From positions 85,353 to 149,352 of IMG/VR virus record IMGVR_UViG_3300033273_000392: a stretch of 64,000 nucleotides of DNA; one strand, written 5' to 3'. Below, in pieces: positions 40,101-49,972 of this stretch (within the stretch, counting starts at the first letter, position 1; every line of letters begins with the position of its first letter). Source of the stretch: a virus. Under the pieces are notes generated by a model, which ran no database searches, was not told the origin of the DNA, and saw only the letters and a program-made list of their open reading frames with translations. Made by a program: the position numbers and the translations under genes.

Positions 40101-40651
40101 GTTACATTCCTAGGATCTGAAGATTCAAAACTTATTCTTCCAGGTACTGGGAAATCCCCATTAGTAGCACCAACTGCATATAAAGATGCTGGGGTTATGA
40201 ATCTATCGTCTACTAATCCAAAAGATTTAGAAGATGCGCTAGGGGTATACAAAGAAACCACTGCTATAATTAGCTTTGGCATTGTCGTAGTTATAGTGCC
40301 GACAATATATCTTGATCTGACAAGTTCTACTTCTGCATGAACTGATCCTATTCTAAGATTCGAAGTGTCATTTTCGTCTAAAATAAACTGTATTAGTCCT
40401 TCTTCGCCATTTGCAGAGTTACCTATGAAAAGACTATCATTTCCAGGAGTACTAGCTTTAGAATATGTTTTAAAGTGAATGCCTTGGTCATCGTATAGGC
40501 GAACTATAACGTTATCGTAGTTAGATAAATCTACTTGATCGTTAATTACGTCACGGTACATTACTATACCGAAAGTAGTCTGTGATCCCTGGCTAATATT
40601 CTGTACCTGAGATATGTATGCAAAGAAGTTTTCTTTTATAACGTATGGCAT
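37172..40651 (-). CDS. Collagen-like fibre protein with three G-X-Y regions and interspersed globular domains
   Basis: GPQG/KGDKG runs; cupredoxin-like insert (RGQVYRFD...H.F...APATLYYYC); GATATATA at 40679-40686. Confidence 0.85.
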   Translation of the reverse strand: MPYVIKENFFAYISQVQNISQGSQTTFGIVMYRDVINDQVDLSNYDNVIVRLYDDQGIHFKTYSKASTPGNDSLFIGNSANGEEGLIQFILDENDTSNLRIGSVHAEVELVRSRYIVGTITTTMPKLIIAVVSLYTPSASSKSFGLVDDRFITPASLYAVGATNGDFPVPGRISFESSDPRNVTSIQVHFKDVRGYTNEYLDYVLTELFQTGSQSSGVYMVVTDVDRPYEYYIYDIVSWQMTNHVMSGSQTPVVYDITVTYRSHSSSDNVLTKFSLNQNISLSLDAYTSAGLKGDEGPQGPQGLKGERGEKGETGAQGAQGPTGADSTVAGPQGPTGEKGDIGVGLQGLKGDTGQEGAQGPSGATGEKGEKGDIGLSVTGDTGPQGPGGSKGQKGEPGETGGTGETGPQGSTGDPTYSGRFKVTTGTNGSGDSVFYVGNGENTSLEFFRGQVYRFDVNHSSMRDHFFKFSTTDGGTHNGGTEYTDGVTLNGAYGGIGGYIEFVVPLSAPATLYYYCDSTVDPPADHSTEGGTITISDYTTSSLRGSGGPTGPQGPTGPQGSVGLQGAQGIKGDIGPQGPLGPQGPTGSHGAQGQKGEVGAQGGAGLVGQKGQKGEVGAQGQVGQKGNKGFDSSVPGPKGDKGDVGPQGAQGNVGATGAPSTIPGPQGPIGLQGLVGDKGEPSTIPGPQGPQGSVGLQGLQGITGDKGEKGDVGPQGATGKDGITTGRIYYLNTSVAQSPTGYYEVDDAQTQASQQITNVTINNNSSQVLVAQFITDAGELDQYDFIPAGIQRFHLHFTKLNEADNVQIYVELLRADSTLSTINSLGTTEVESIGWDTNNTTPVEMDLDFEFPHTTLNTGDRMIVRIYANNPDNQSHAIKFYTEGTADYSYVITTLGAISIEGPQGDKGDKGDKGADSTVVGPQGAIGPQGPVGLQGQVGATGDKGEVGPQGPVGSQGAAGTKGEIGVTGPQGDQGTQGTQGVKGQKGELGPTGVGGSEQFLLRLEYDQNEALISGNSTFVAATGYVNPGAGTATVVSETVGTGNSGHYVTVSFNRSRPPISIFAYALDPKTMTYKVTHFDNDDIAQITYNTVKTAFTYQSTSEGGSGLAGQWSGTNFSADFSSYDMTIPVEQSVVKYGNSYSAPLQNRVDPHVYLIFTF

Positions 40652-40690
40652 TCCCCAAATTGTCTTTTTAGTTCTGTTTATATATCAATA

Positions 40691-41389
40691 TCAGAAACCG
40701 TAATCTTTTCTAAGAGTATTAAACACATAACATCTAAGTATCGGTGTTAAAGTATTTAATGGGTACTCATGTCCGATTGTTAGCTTTAATAGTACTTTAT
40801 CAGTGTCTGCATCTAGCAGCTCTTCTATTTTTGGTTTCACAGATTCTTCATTATAGTCTTCTGATGAAATATGATCCATCATAAACTCTCTCCAGCTACG
40901 TATGTACTTTCCTGGCTTTTTAAACGAAAATATGTCTAAAGTCCTATCTTCAGATACAACAAACAAAAACCCATCGTTTACAAGATGTGGTTTTTTATAG
41001 AAATAAGAATGAGATAGCTGTGATTCTAGGTCCTGCCAAAGAGAGCGCACGAGTGAATGTAAGTCTTCAAATTTAGATAGAGCCTCGATATAGATCTTGT
41101 CTATAACATCGTCTCCGTCTACATCTATAACGGGAGTGCTATAAACTAATTCTAGATCTTCCCATCCTAAATCTGCGTTTATACTAGTAAGCTCGTCTTC
41201 GCTAGATTTTATAGCATCGTACATATAAAGATAGTCAAGTGTTCTTTCTATTTCAGATAGAACACTTTCTAGGTTCCCCTGGCTAAGTTGCTCTTTTAAA
41301 GATGCAATCTTAGACATCAACTTATACGTCTTGTACTCTTCGTCAAGCGGGCCTTCTGCTAGCCAAGACGGTTTGACTATCTTCTTCAT
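40691..41389 (-). CDS. Hypothetical protein
   Basis: 232 aa; GATAAATA 4 nt upstream. Confidence 0.6.
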   Translation of the reverse strand: MKKIVKPSWLAEGPLDEEYKTYKLMSKIASLKEQLSQGNLESVLSEIERTLDYLYMYDAIKSSEDELTSINADLGWEDLELVYSTPVIDVDGDDVIDKIYIEALSKFEDLHSLVRSLWQDLESQLSHSYFYKKPHLVNDGFLFVVSEDRTLDIFSFKKPGKYIRSWREFMMDHISSEDYNEESVKPKIEELLDADTDKVLLKLTIGHEYPLNTLTPILRCYVFNTLRKDYGF

Positions 41390-41429
41390 AAGGTATTTAT
41401 CTTATGGACAAATACCTAAGAATTAAAAA

Positions 41430-41750
41430 TTACTTTTTCTTTTTTGTACGGTCGATTTCAACTTCGACAACCTCGTCGATAGTCTCATCGTACTCGCTAC
41501 CGGTAGTCAAGCCATACTGCAAGATAAACCAGCTAATTTCTTTTTCAGCGAGATTCTTACTCAAACCCAATTCTTCCATAATTAGGTTTACTCCCCAATC
41601 CATGAATTCTCTCTCAGTAGATCTAGTAGTCTTGTACTGCATGTACCAGTCTGGTGAATGCTTAACATCTTCATATTTGACACCATGTGGCTCTAGTTGC
41701 TTATCAACCAACTTTACAAATACCTCGCGCTGTTTATCTCGCTTATCCAT
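41430..41750 (-). CDS. Hypothetical protein
   Basis: 106 aa; AAAC-N17-TATAA upstream. Confidence 0.6.
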   Translation of the reverse strand: MDKRDKQREVFVKLVDKQLEPHGVKYEDVKHSPDWYMQYKTTRSTEREFMDWGVNLIMEELGLSKNLAEKEISWFILQYGLTTGSEYDETIDEVVEVEIDRTKKKK

Positions 41751-41791
41751 TTTAATTAATTTACAATTTATACCCTGGTATTGGGAAATGT

Positions 41792-42469
41792 TTATGACTT
41801 TTTAATAATTTCGTCAATTATGCCATATTTAACGGCTTCTTCTGCGTTTAGCCAAAAATCTCGACTAGCATCTTTCTTTACAGTCTCTGGATCTTTATCA
41901 CAGTAAGATCCGAGAAGAACAAATAGTTCATGGTTTACTTTTTGCCATTCTTGCCAATCAATCTCCGCATCTTGAATATTACCATGAAATCCTCCAGAGG
42001 ACTGGTGCAGCATTGTTGTAGAGTGGCGAAGAGACATTCTTTTTCCTTTAGTTCCAGCGCCCAACAAGACAGAACCCATAGAAGCCGCCATACCTGTGTT
42101 AATAGTTCTAATATCGCAGTTGACGTATTCCATAACATCAACCATAGAAAGCCCTGACTTTACGGATCCACCTGGTGAATCAATATGCATTGTGATATCT
42201 TCTCCGCTTGAGCTGTTCAAAAACATAAGTTGAGCCTGAACTACGGTAGACATAGCGTCATTTACAGGACCAGCAACCCAAAGCAATCTATCCATCATCA
42301 ATCTTGAAAAGATATCAATTTGAGTTGCTCTTAGTTCTCTTTCTTCCAAAACATACGGAGTCATATTAGATTCAATATGCTTAGAATAAGCGTCGATAGT
42401 ATTACCTCCTATATTAAATTCAGATTTAGCGTATCTGTTAAACTCTTTGTCTTTTGAGTAGTAATTCAT
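41792..42469 (-). CDS. clpP: ATP-dependent Clp protease proteolytic subunit
   Basis: DIFSRLMMDR, IDSPGG, AASMG (Ser), MLHQ (His), RDFW, YGIID. Confidence 0.95.
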   Translation of the reverse strand: MNYYSKDKEFNRYAKSEFNIGGNTIDAYSKHIESNMTPYVLEERELRATQIDIFSRLMMDRLLWVAGPVNDAMSTVVQAQLMFLNSSSGEDITMHIDSPGGSVKSGLSMVDVMEYVNCDIRTINTGMAASMGSVLLGAGTKGKRMSLRHSTTMLHQSSGGFHGNIQDAEIDWQEWQKVNHELFVLLGSYCDKDPETVKKDASRDFWLNAEEAVKYGIIDEIIKKS

Positions 42470-42783
42470 GGTCTATCTAAGTATGTTTGTATTTGTTTAA
42501 TTAGCTCGCATGTTTCGTATTCCTCTATCATAAGAAAGTACTCCATGGCTTTGCCTATGCTTTTGTAATAACCTTGTTCTGGAAGATGCATTTCATATTC
42601 CTTGCCGTCATTATCTACGAGTATTGCTAAAACGTCCTCTTCATAGTCTCCTTCTATTTTAGCCATAACATATTCTACAATGCGCCTATAGAATACATCA
42701 TATTTACTCATAAGAAGCATGTCGACATCTTCTCGCATGAGCTTATCTAGATCTACGTGTATTTTAGGAATCTCCGTAGCCAT
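42466..42783 (-). CDS. Small UVR-like protein
   Basis: YFLMIEEYETCELI; coupled to clpP. Confidence 0.55.
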   Translation of the reverse strand: MATEIPKIHVDLDKLMREDVDMLLMSKYDVFYRRIVEYVMAKIEGDYEEDVLAILVDNDGKEYEMHLPEQGYYKSIGKAMEYFLMIEEYETCELIKQIQTYLDRP

Positions 42784-43627
42784 CTAGGTTAAAGTATTCA
42801 CTTAGTAAGTGCTTGTAGTTTTCTTGACTAGAATGACCCTCGCTATCAGAAATCTTTTCAACTTCATTGATATACTTTTTAGCGGTTGGAGTAAAGACAA
42901 CTTTATCCTCAACAACATCTACAAATTTATCTAATAGAATGAAGGTGTGATTTTCTAGTGTTCCATTCTCTTTAATTTCGTCAGACAGTTCAAAGTGTCT
43001 TTCGTAGAAGTGTAGGTTATCTGCGAAGTGAAAATACCATCCAAGTTCAAGATCAGGATATTCATCCTTTAGAATCAAAAAGACCGACTGGTGTAAGAAT
43101 GAAAAGAAAGGAGCGTCAAACGTAAGACCATAGAATATATCGTTAGATCTCATCTGAACCTTCATGTGTAGTTGATTGTCTCTAATGAAGAAATTAGAGT
43201 ACATTGTGCATACAAAGTCTTTATTACCGTCGAACTGATATTCAGGTCGGTTAAAGAACATGATGGCCTGTCTGCTGTTCTTATCTGCTTTTAAAGAGTT
43301 AACTACCCAAACCAATTGCTCATTAAGCACGAGGTGTCCATAATTAGAGTTAATCTCGTTTGTTCCCGGATTTGTAATCCTATTCCAAAAGTTACTAAAC
43401 TTACCAATAAAGTTAACGTCGCGATCTTTTTTTAGATACCAGCTGAGCTCTCCGCTTAAGTACTTCCAGTTAAACGGACGGTCTTTAAAGTTGGCAATGC
43501 AGTCTAGCGGATCAATTGTAATATTCGCTAGCACGGTTTCTTTTACCTTAAGATCTCTTGGCTTAGACTCTTCTCCGGTAGTTTCGATGTGGTCGATAAC
43601 ACCGATAAACATATCTGAAAAACTCAT
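42764..43627 (-). CDS. Divergent thymidylate-synthase-family enzyme, dCMP hydroxymethylase-like
   Basis: SRQAI, KDFVCT, MRSND, GLTFD (Asp at specificity site), LHFYE. Confidence 0.75.
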   Translation of the reverse strand: MSFSDMFIGVIDHIETTGEESKPRDLKVKETVLANITIDPLDCIANFKDRPFNWKYLSGELSWYLKKDRDVNFIGKFSNFWNRITNPGTNEINSNYGHLVLNEQLVWVVNSLKADKNSRQAIMFFNRPEYQFDGNKDFVCTMYSNFFIRDNQLHMKVQMRSNDIFYGLTFDAPFFSFLHQSVFLILKDEYPDLELGWYFHFADNLHFYERHFELSDEIKENGTLENHTFILLDKFVDVVEDKVVFTPTAKKYINEVEKISDSEGHSSQENYKHLLSEYFNLDGYGDS

Positions 43628-43652
43628 ATTAATCTATTTTAGAGTTATACGA

Positions 43653-45659
43653 TCACTTTATAGTAAGTTTATCCTCTTTGGACAACTTAGTAATAGTGTA
43701 TGTAACTCCTTTCTCTACTTCTGAATTCAGTATAGCATCTGCAACAAGGTCCTCTACATATTTTTGTATTGCTCTCTTTAGGGGGCGAGCGCCATACGCT
43801 GGGTCATATCCTTGTCCTGCAACAAACTTCTTTGCAGCTTTATTGAATTTGAATACATATCCTTCTTCTGCAATTCTATCAATAAACTCATCTAGCTCAA
43901 TATTTACGATTTCAAGGATGTGCTCTTCTTGCAGCTGATCAAATAGGATGATATCATCTAGTCTGTTTAAGAACTCAGGGCTAAATTTGTTCTTTAGTTC
44001 CTTCTTAATAATAGCATCAGTTTTAGATCTTCTTTCATCATCGCTAGTCTTTCCTTGGAAACCAATTCCAGTTCCAAAATCGGATAGTCTACGCGCGCCT
44101 ACGTTTGAGGTCATAATGATGACGGTGTTGGTAAAGTCTATGGTACGCCCGTTTGAATCTGTTAATCTACCTTCATCAAGAACTTGTAGCAAGATGTTAA
44201 ACACGTCGCTGTGCGCCTTCTCGATTTCATCGAACAAGACAACTGAGTATGGACGACGTCTTACTGATTCTGTCAGCTGACCACCGTCTTCGTGACCTAC
44301 ATAGCCTGGAGGTGAACCAATCAAGCGGCTAACGTTAAACTTTTCCTGATACTCGCTCATATCAATTCGAATCAAAGAGTCGCTATCGCCAAACAAGTAC
44401 TCAGCAAGTGCCTTCACTGTTTGTGTCTTACCGACGCCAGTTGGACCTAGGAACATAAATGATCCGGTAGGTTTTCTATGAGAAGACACCCCAGTTCTAG
44501 ACCTTTTAATGATTTTAGACAAAGAATCTACTGCATCGTCTTGACCTATAATGTACTTCTTAAGCTCCGGAGCCATGTTACGAATCATCTTGATATCATC
44601 AGATCCCAATCGTTTTACAGGAATTCCTGTTTGCATAGAAATAGTTTCTGCAATTTCTAATTCGGTCACCTTACGCTTTTTTTGCTTAAGAGACTGTTCC
44701 CATTTTTGGATTTCAGTAGCTATCTTAGTTTCTATTGACAATTGCTTATCTCTTAATTGAGCTGCCTCTTCGTAACTTTGCTCTGAAACTGCATTCTTTT
44801 TCTTGGCCTTAATGGCTTCTGCCTCTTTTTCAAGAGTTTTTAGGTGTGCGGGCACTTTAACCTCCATCAAATGCGTTCTAGCACCAGCCTCGTCCATAAG
44901 GTCAATGGCCTTATCTGGAAGTTCTCTTTGCTTAATGTACCTGTCGCTCATTTTAACACACGCTTCAATGGCTTCATCAGAATATGCAACACTATGATGG
45001 TCTTCGTACTTATCTTTGATGCGGTGTAAGATTTCAATCGTATCCTCTTGTGACGGCGGATCAATAAAGATTTCCTGGAATCTTCTAGTCAATGCTCCAT
45101 CATCTTCAATGTTCTCACGATACTCGTCTAGCGTTGTTGCACCAATACATTGAACCTGTCCTCTAGCTAAAGCCGGCTTCAAGATATTAGAAGCATCCAA
45201 TGCACCGCTGACGCCTCCGGCTCCAACGATCGTATGAATCTCATCAATGAATACAATTACATTCTTAGAATTCTTTAGTTCTTCTACGATCATCTTCATT
45301 CTCTCCTCAAATTCACCACGGTACTTAGTACCCGCAACGATCGTTGTCATGTTAAGAGAAATGATTCTTTTGTTCAAAAGAACCCTAGCCACCTTCTTAG
45401 ACACTATGCGTTGTGCAATTGCTTCGACAATTGCAGTCTTACCAACACCTGGATCCCCTAGAATAATAGGGTTATTCTTTTTACGGCGCGCAAGAATCTG
45501 GCAGATACGATATATTTCTGTATCTCTACCAATGATAGGATCCAGCTTGTTATCTTCTGCTAATTGAGTTAGGTCTTCACCAAACTCATCTAGAAATGGA
45601 GTAGCATTCTTCTTGTTGCTTCTCTTTTCGTTTTCATACCCGTCGGCGGCTAGTGACAT
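43653..45659 (-). CDS. clpC: ClpC-type AAA+ unfoldase lacking the N-terminal Clp repeat domain
   Basis: GDPGVGKT, IDEIH, UVR M-domain YEEAAQLRD, GPTGVGKT, GIGF ClpP-docking loop, YGARPL. Confidence 0.9.
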   Translation of the reverse strand: MSLAADGYENEKRSNKKNATPFLDEFGEDLTQLAEDNKLDPIIGRDTEIYRICQILARRKKNNPIILGDPGVGKTAIVEAIAQRIVSKKVARVLLNKRIISLNMTTIVAGTKYRGEFEERMKMIVEELKNSKNVIVFIDEIHTIVGAGGVSGALDASNILKPALARGQVQCIGATTLDEYRENIEDDGALTRRFQEIFIDPPSQEDTIEILHRIKDKYEDHHSVAYSDEAIEACVKMSDRYIKQRELPDKAIDLMDEAGARTHLMEVKVPAHLKTLEKEAEAIKAKKKNAVSEQSYEEAAQLRDKQLSIETKIATEIQKWEQSLKQKKRKVTELEIAETISMQTGIPVKRLGSDDIKMIRNMAPELKKYIIGQDDAVDSLSKIIKRSRTGVSSHRKPTGSFMFLGPTGVGKTQTVKALAEYLFGDSDSLIRIDMSEYQEKFNVSRLIGSPPGYVGHEDGGQLTESVRRRPYSVVLFDEIEKAHSDVFNILLQVLDEGRLTDSNGRTIDFTNTVIIMTSNVGARRLSDFGTGIGFQGKTSDDERRSKTDAIIKKELKNKFSPEFLNRLDDIILFDQLQEEHILEIVNIELDEFIDRIAEEGYVFKFNKAAKKFVAGQGYDPAYGARPLKRAIQKYVEDLVADAILNSEVEKGVTYTITKLSKEDKLTIK

Positions 45660-45714
45660 GTGCTATTAGTGTGTTTATTATTATCTATCTATTTAACATA
45701 TTATACGCGGTCTT

Positions 45715-46179
45715 TTATCCTTGTTTATGAGCAATGTCGTCTGCTGCATAAACCGCTGGAAGAAGCTCCGGTTTTACTCTTGCCTTAAAGCCAAGAGATT
45801 CAACATAACCAACCGCAGCAGATACAAGCTTATTTGATTTGTGCGACGGATCAATGTTATAGTCTAAATCTATCGTGTTTATTTCAATTCCTTTTTCTCT
45901 TAAGTACAAAGCCGTTTGTATGGACCTTTCGGCCTCTCCCCACAATCTTGTCCACATATCATTAATAATCGGAAGCTTTTCCTTCATGTATATTACATGG
46001 CAACCTGATTCTTCTACGTGAAAGACCAATGTAGTTGCGTATGTTGTAAAGTTTCCTCGGTTTTGACTATCACATCCTAGATAGATCTTTATGTCGTAGT
46101 TTTTATTGCTTTCTAGATACGTTTTTGTATACTCTGAAACTTCAAAGGACTTGTTATCTGTTAATTTTTTAAACTTCAT
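45715..46179 (-). CDS. RNase H-like YkuK (DUF458) protein
   Basis: YLGCDSQ, RLW.E, DLDYN, AAD. Confidence 0.75.
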   Translation of the reverse strand: MKFKKLTDNKSFEVSEYTKTYLESNKNYDIKIYLGCDSQNRGNFTTYATTLVFHVEESGCHVIYMKEKLPIINDMWTRLWGEAERSIQTALYLREKGIEINTIDLDYNIDPSHKSNKLVSAAVGYVESLGFKARVKPELLPAVYAADDIAHKQG

Positions 46180-47365
46180 ATACTTCTACTTCTTTTTCAC
46201 TCACCATATCCAATAACTCTTCTTTGCTTTTCCCAGGGAAGTAGAATTTCATGTTTTCAATAATATTGTCGACATCATATTCGTTTTTATGTCGGTATAC
46301 GGCCTTAAAGCTATCTAGAATATCCTTATCGTTTTGTTCTAAGTTATAGAAGGAATTGTAATAAAAGGTCACAATAGTAAGAATATAGTCTATTGCGTGG
46401 TTATAAACATGATGTTGTACAAAAAGTTTGTCTCTTTTAGGATATTTGATATTTTTAGCAGCCCTAGCATACATATATGCCGTAATCTTACGGTCTTTAT
46501 CGTAATAATGCTCTGCAATCCTATACAGACACTCGGCTCTAGTCTGATCAAAGTCGTATCCACGCGACCAAGCTGAGATTGCCATCTCTTCTTGTCCGTT
46601 TTTCATGTACGCCTTGCCTAATTCAACATATGACATCATAACCTCTTCTCTCCATCCCCCTAGTTCTATTCTTTTCTTATACCAGTAGATGGTCTTTTCC
46701 CAATTTTTAGTATTCCTAAAGCTTTGTCCGCAGTAAAATGCATATCTAGGAAGAAGATTCCACTTATCCGTATCTTCTTTCTCTAATTCATAAAATGCTT
46801 CTTCTAGGGCAGCGGCATCCTTTCCATACTTAACCTCACTTGGAACTTGGCTTCTATTTCCAAAATGGCCAGGTATAACGTTGTACCCTCCCTTAATATA
46901 ACCTGACTTAAACTTCATTCCAGGCTCTTCTCTAGCGATAACCTCATGGACTACGCCAACCCATTGCCAGAACCAGTCGGATCTAACTAAGAAAATACGA
47001 TCCCATGTTATTTCACCTCCCTTTAGCTCAAAGTAGTATGCATCCATTTCCTTACCCTCTGGTAACGTGACTTCTCCTTCAATTCTATCATCTGCGTCGA
47101 AAAACAGGGTGTAATCGCATTTTCCCCTAGCATATGTTAGGGCTACTGATCTGTTATGTGCAAAGTTCTTCCATTCATCCTCGTGGAGCTCACCAGGAAT
47201 ACCCTCTTTCTCAAAGAAATTTTTAATGATGTCTTGGGTCCCATCCGTACTTCCAGTGTCTGAAATCGCCCAATATTTAATAGGTAGTTTGTCGCATAAG
47301 TTGCGAAGACAGTCTTCAATGATCGGAGCTTCGTCCTTTACGATCATATTCAAGCATATATCCAT
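46169..47365 (-). CDS. GT2 glycosyltransferase with TPR repeats
   Basis: CLNMIVKDE, DTGSTDGT, FDADD, GVVHE; TPR helices. Confidence 0.88.
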   Translation of the reverse strand: MDICLNMIVKDEAPIIEDCLRNLCDKLPIKYWAISDTGSTDGTQDIIKNFFEKEGIPGELHEDEWKNFAHNRSVALTYARGKCDYTLFFDADDRIEGEVTLPEGKEMDAYYFELKGGEITWDRIFLVRSDWFWQWVGVVHEVIAREEPGMKFKSGYIKGGYNVIPGHFGNRSQVPSEVKYGKDAAALEEAFYELEKEDTDKWNLLPRYAFYCGQSFRNTKNWEKTIYWYKKRIELGGWREEVMMSYVELGKAYMKNGQEEMAISAWSRGYDFDQTRAECLYRIAEHYYDKDRKITAYMYARAAKNIKYPKRDKLFVQHHVYNHAIDYILTIVTFYYNSFYNLEQNDKDILDSFKAVYRHKNEYDVDNIIENMKFYFPGKSKEELLDMVSEKEVEVYEV

Positions 47366-47376
47366 ATTCTATAAGT

Positions 47377-48438
47377 TTAGTTGGATAAGGGCGCCTTAAT
47401 CGTAGGATGGCTCTCATATCCAATGAGTTTAACGTTAGTTGCTTCAAAGTTATCTATCCCACACTCATTTGACAGTTCAATTCTAGGAAGCGCATATGCC
47501 TCTCTAAGGATCTGCTCTCTTGCCTGATCCATATGGTTAGAATAGAGGTGTACGTCGCCTAAGTTGGCAACTAGCTCTTCAGCAACCATGTTGACTTCTT
47601 TAGCCAGAATCTCTAAAAGCAACGCGTACGAAGAGATATTAAACGGAAGTCCTAGGAATGTATCCACTGACCTCTGATTCCACATCAATGAGATAGCCCT
47701 ACGCGGAACGCCTTCCGCATCCATCTCTTGTTCTATAAAATCGTGATGCATTGCAGACCCTATCTTTTTTTGATACCAAGACCATCGCTCATTTTGTGAA
47801 AGCTCGCGCGTCCACACTTGGAAACCATAGTGACATGGCGGCAACCACATCTTACTCAAGTGCCCAACATTCCAAGCACTAACCATAAGGCGCCGATCGT
47901 CTGGCCTACTCTTAAGCTTTTCAACCAACTCTCGGATCTGATCTACTCCTTCATGCTCTTCACGCTCCAGTCCTAGTGGATCGTCAAGAGGCGAGTCCGC
48001 GCCCCACTTTCTCCATTGATGACCATAGATAGGACCTAGCTCGCCATACTCTTTAGCAAACTCGGCATCTTCTTTAATCTTTTCTATGAACTCCTTTTGA
48101 CTTAGGATATGAACGTTCTCTTCACCCTCTTCGATCTTCACTATCCTCATACGCCAAAGGTAATACTTATAGGCATCGCCGTTCCAAATGTTACAGCCAC
48201 GGTCAACAAGAAATTTTATATTCGTGTCTCCCTTCAAAAACCATGCCAACTCAGTGACCATAGTTTTCCATGCCATCTTCTTTGTGGTTAGAAGAGGAAA
48301 CCCTTCTCGCATATCATGCCTTAACTGACGACCAAACACGCTTCTGGTTCCAGTTCCGGTTCTATCGCCCTTATCTACTCCGTTCTCAATGATATCTACT
48401 AAGAGGCTTTGATACTTTTCGTCTATTGTGTTTCTCAT
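47377..48438 (-). CDS. thyA: Thymidylate synthase
   Basis: DRTGTGT, FPLLTTK, LPPCH, QRSVD.FLGLPFNI, HLY.NH. Confidence 0.96.
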   Translation of the reverse strand: MRNTIDEKYQSLLVDIIENGVDKGDRTGTGTRSVFGRQLRHDMREGFPLLTTKKMAWKTMVTELAWFLKGDTNIKFLVDRGCNIWNGDAYKYYLWRMRIVKIEEGEENVHILSQKEFIEKIKEDAEFAKEYGELGPIYGHQWRKWGADSPLDDPLGLEREEHEGVDQIRELVEKLKSRPDDRRLMVSAWNVGHLSKMWLPPCHYGFQVWTRELSQNERWSWYQKKIGSAMHHDFIEQEMDAEGVPRRAISLMWNQRSVDTFLGLPFNISSYALLLEILAKEVNMVAEELVANLGDVHLYSNHMDQAREQILREAYALPRIELSNECGIDNFEATNVKLIGYESHPTIKAPLSN

Positions 48439-48626
48439 CTTCCTGATCCCATTACTCGGTTAGTGCAGCGCCAGCAAAGTGCGCGTGCACAGTTTTCGTC
48501 AACCTCAATAACCACGTCGCAGCCTCCTACTGGAGCCCAGTTGCCCCATTTAGATTCAGAAGGGACACTATTCATGCACTTAACTTTCCTTAACTTCCCT
48601 CCCTTTACTCTTTTTGATTTAGCCAT
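48435..48626 (-). CDS. Small Cys-containing protein (start reassigned to MAKSK)
   Basis: C...C...CWRC; middle-type promoter at 48653-48679. Confidence 0.5.
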   Translation of the reverse strand: MAKSKRVKGGKLRKVKCMNSVPSESKWGNWAPVGGCDVVIEVDENCARALCWRCTNRVMGSGR

Positions 48627-48757
48627 TCTATTTTCTATTAGACATATAGTTCTTATATGACCAATATTACTCAAAGTTTCTATGACGACCTCAGGGGAAA
48701 AGTTTTCGGAAAATTTTGGGGGATTTTTTAGAACAGCCGCAGATCGCGCGCTGTACC

Positions 48758-49009
48758 TTATCCCCAATCGTCTTCGTACGCATCCCATTCCCATATGTTC
48801 TCTAAGAACTCGTACTGTGTAAAGTATTCATAAAGATCTGTACCGTCTATACCACGATCGTACAAAAGTTCACTTAGTTCTAGTACCAAATCAGAATCTA
48901 AAGATATACCTCCAATCCAATTATCCCAATTCACCTCATCTAACATCATAAAGAGAGCCTCACATACTTGAGATATGTAAATAGCTACATCAGTACTAAA
49001 TTCATCCAT
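48758..49009 (-). CDS. Small acidic hypothetical protein
   Basis: 83 aa D/E/W-rich. Confidence 0.45.
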   Translation of the reverse strand: MDEFSTDVAIYISQVCEALFMMLDEVNWDNWIGGISLDSDLVLELSELLYDRGIDGTDLYEYFTQYEFLENIWEWDAYEDDWG

Positions 49010-49288
49010 TCTAATTTACCCTATATTTTTAGGCCCGGCCCTCAATACCAGGGGCCCCTAGCTGCGGCTTAAGGCCCTCAACTTATATACTCTGGCCGCT
49101 CGCGTTCTTTAGAAGAGTTATACTGACATGTAGCGGTTGTACCGCATTACTCAGATAGGGCCTCTTATTGTACTGGCGAAGTCTCTAATTCCCTCCCATT
49201 CCTTTTAGTTCTCTTATACTCTGTAGAGAATCGTTTTGTTTGTACCTTTGATACCCCTGGGTCTCAAAGGCCCGGCGCCGCGAGGCGA

Positions 49289-49972
49289 TTAGCGCATCCG
49301 CGGCATCCGGATCTTCGGGATACTCATTTTGGGTGCCATCTTAGGGTTTTTTAGACTGAAAGTGCTCTGGGACTTTCTCAGATAGTCTGCCTTAGGTACT
49401 CCCCTATCTGGCGTGGGGCTTTGTGGGGTCCCTGGAGGACTCTGGGGTTTTCTCATACTGATTCCCTCCGGTTGAGGTACATCAGCTTTGGGTGTAGGAG
49501 CGTCCTGCTCGGACGACTTCTCCGATAGGCGTCCTCCGGCTTCCCCGTTGGCCTCCATACTTTTTTGCCTACCCTGATCTATGACGGTTACCCTAGGTGC
49601 TGTAGCGTCACTACCGTCCTCTGGGAACTTGGCCTCGCCATACTCGGTTTCCGGTGGTACCGGATTGTCTTTAGGGATCCCCTCCCCGGCAGTCTGCCCT
49701 GTGGTCTTCTTGGCCGTGTTAACGTCCCCGACCATGTCCATGTTGTTTGAGGGGTTCGTTTGCTTTGGATCCCTCATAGTGCCATTGGCACTTTGGGTTT
49801 GGCTGTTAGCGTCACTTGTGTTGGTATTGGAATCCTGGCTAGCCTTCTGGGTAGGCTCGTTAACCAACGAGCTCCCCTCGCCTATCGGCGGAGTTGTAGG
49901 CTGTGTAGGTCTCTGTTGACTGAATAGATTCATTGTACTCATGAATCCTCTGTTTCCTATACCGTTAAACAT
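49289..49972 (-). CDS. Intrinsically disordered P/Q/S/T-rich protein (start reassigned to MFNGIG)
   Basis: AATAGATA motif 4 nt upstream of ATG at 49972; basic C-terminus. Confidence 0.55.
   Translation of the reverse strand: MFNGIGNRGFMSTMNLFSQQRPTQPTTPPIGEGSSLVNEPTQKASQDSNTNTSDANSQTQSANGTMRDPKQTNPSNNMDMVGDVNTAKKTTGQTAGEGIPKDNPVPPETEYGEAKFPEDGSDATAPRVTVIDQGRQKSMEANGEAGGRLSEKSSEQDAPTPKADVPQPEGISMRKPQSPPGTPQSPTPDRGVPKADYLRKSQSTFSLKNPKMAPKMSIPKIRMPRMR

Noticed and set aside
394-48660. Many short plus-strand ORFs antisense to long minus-strand genes
   Set aside because: Nested opposite well-supported genes, with no recognisable motifs or promoter signals
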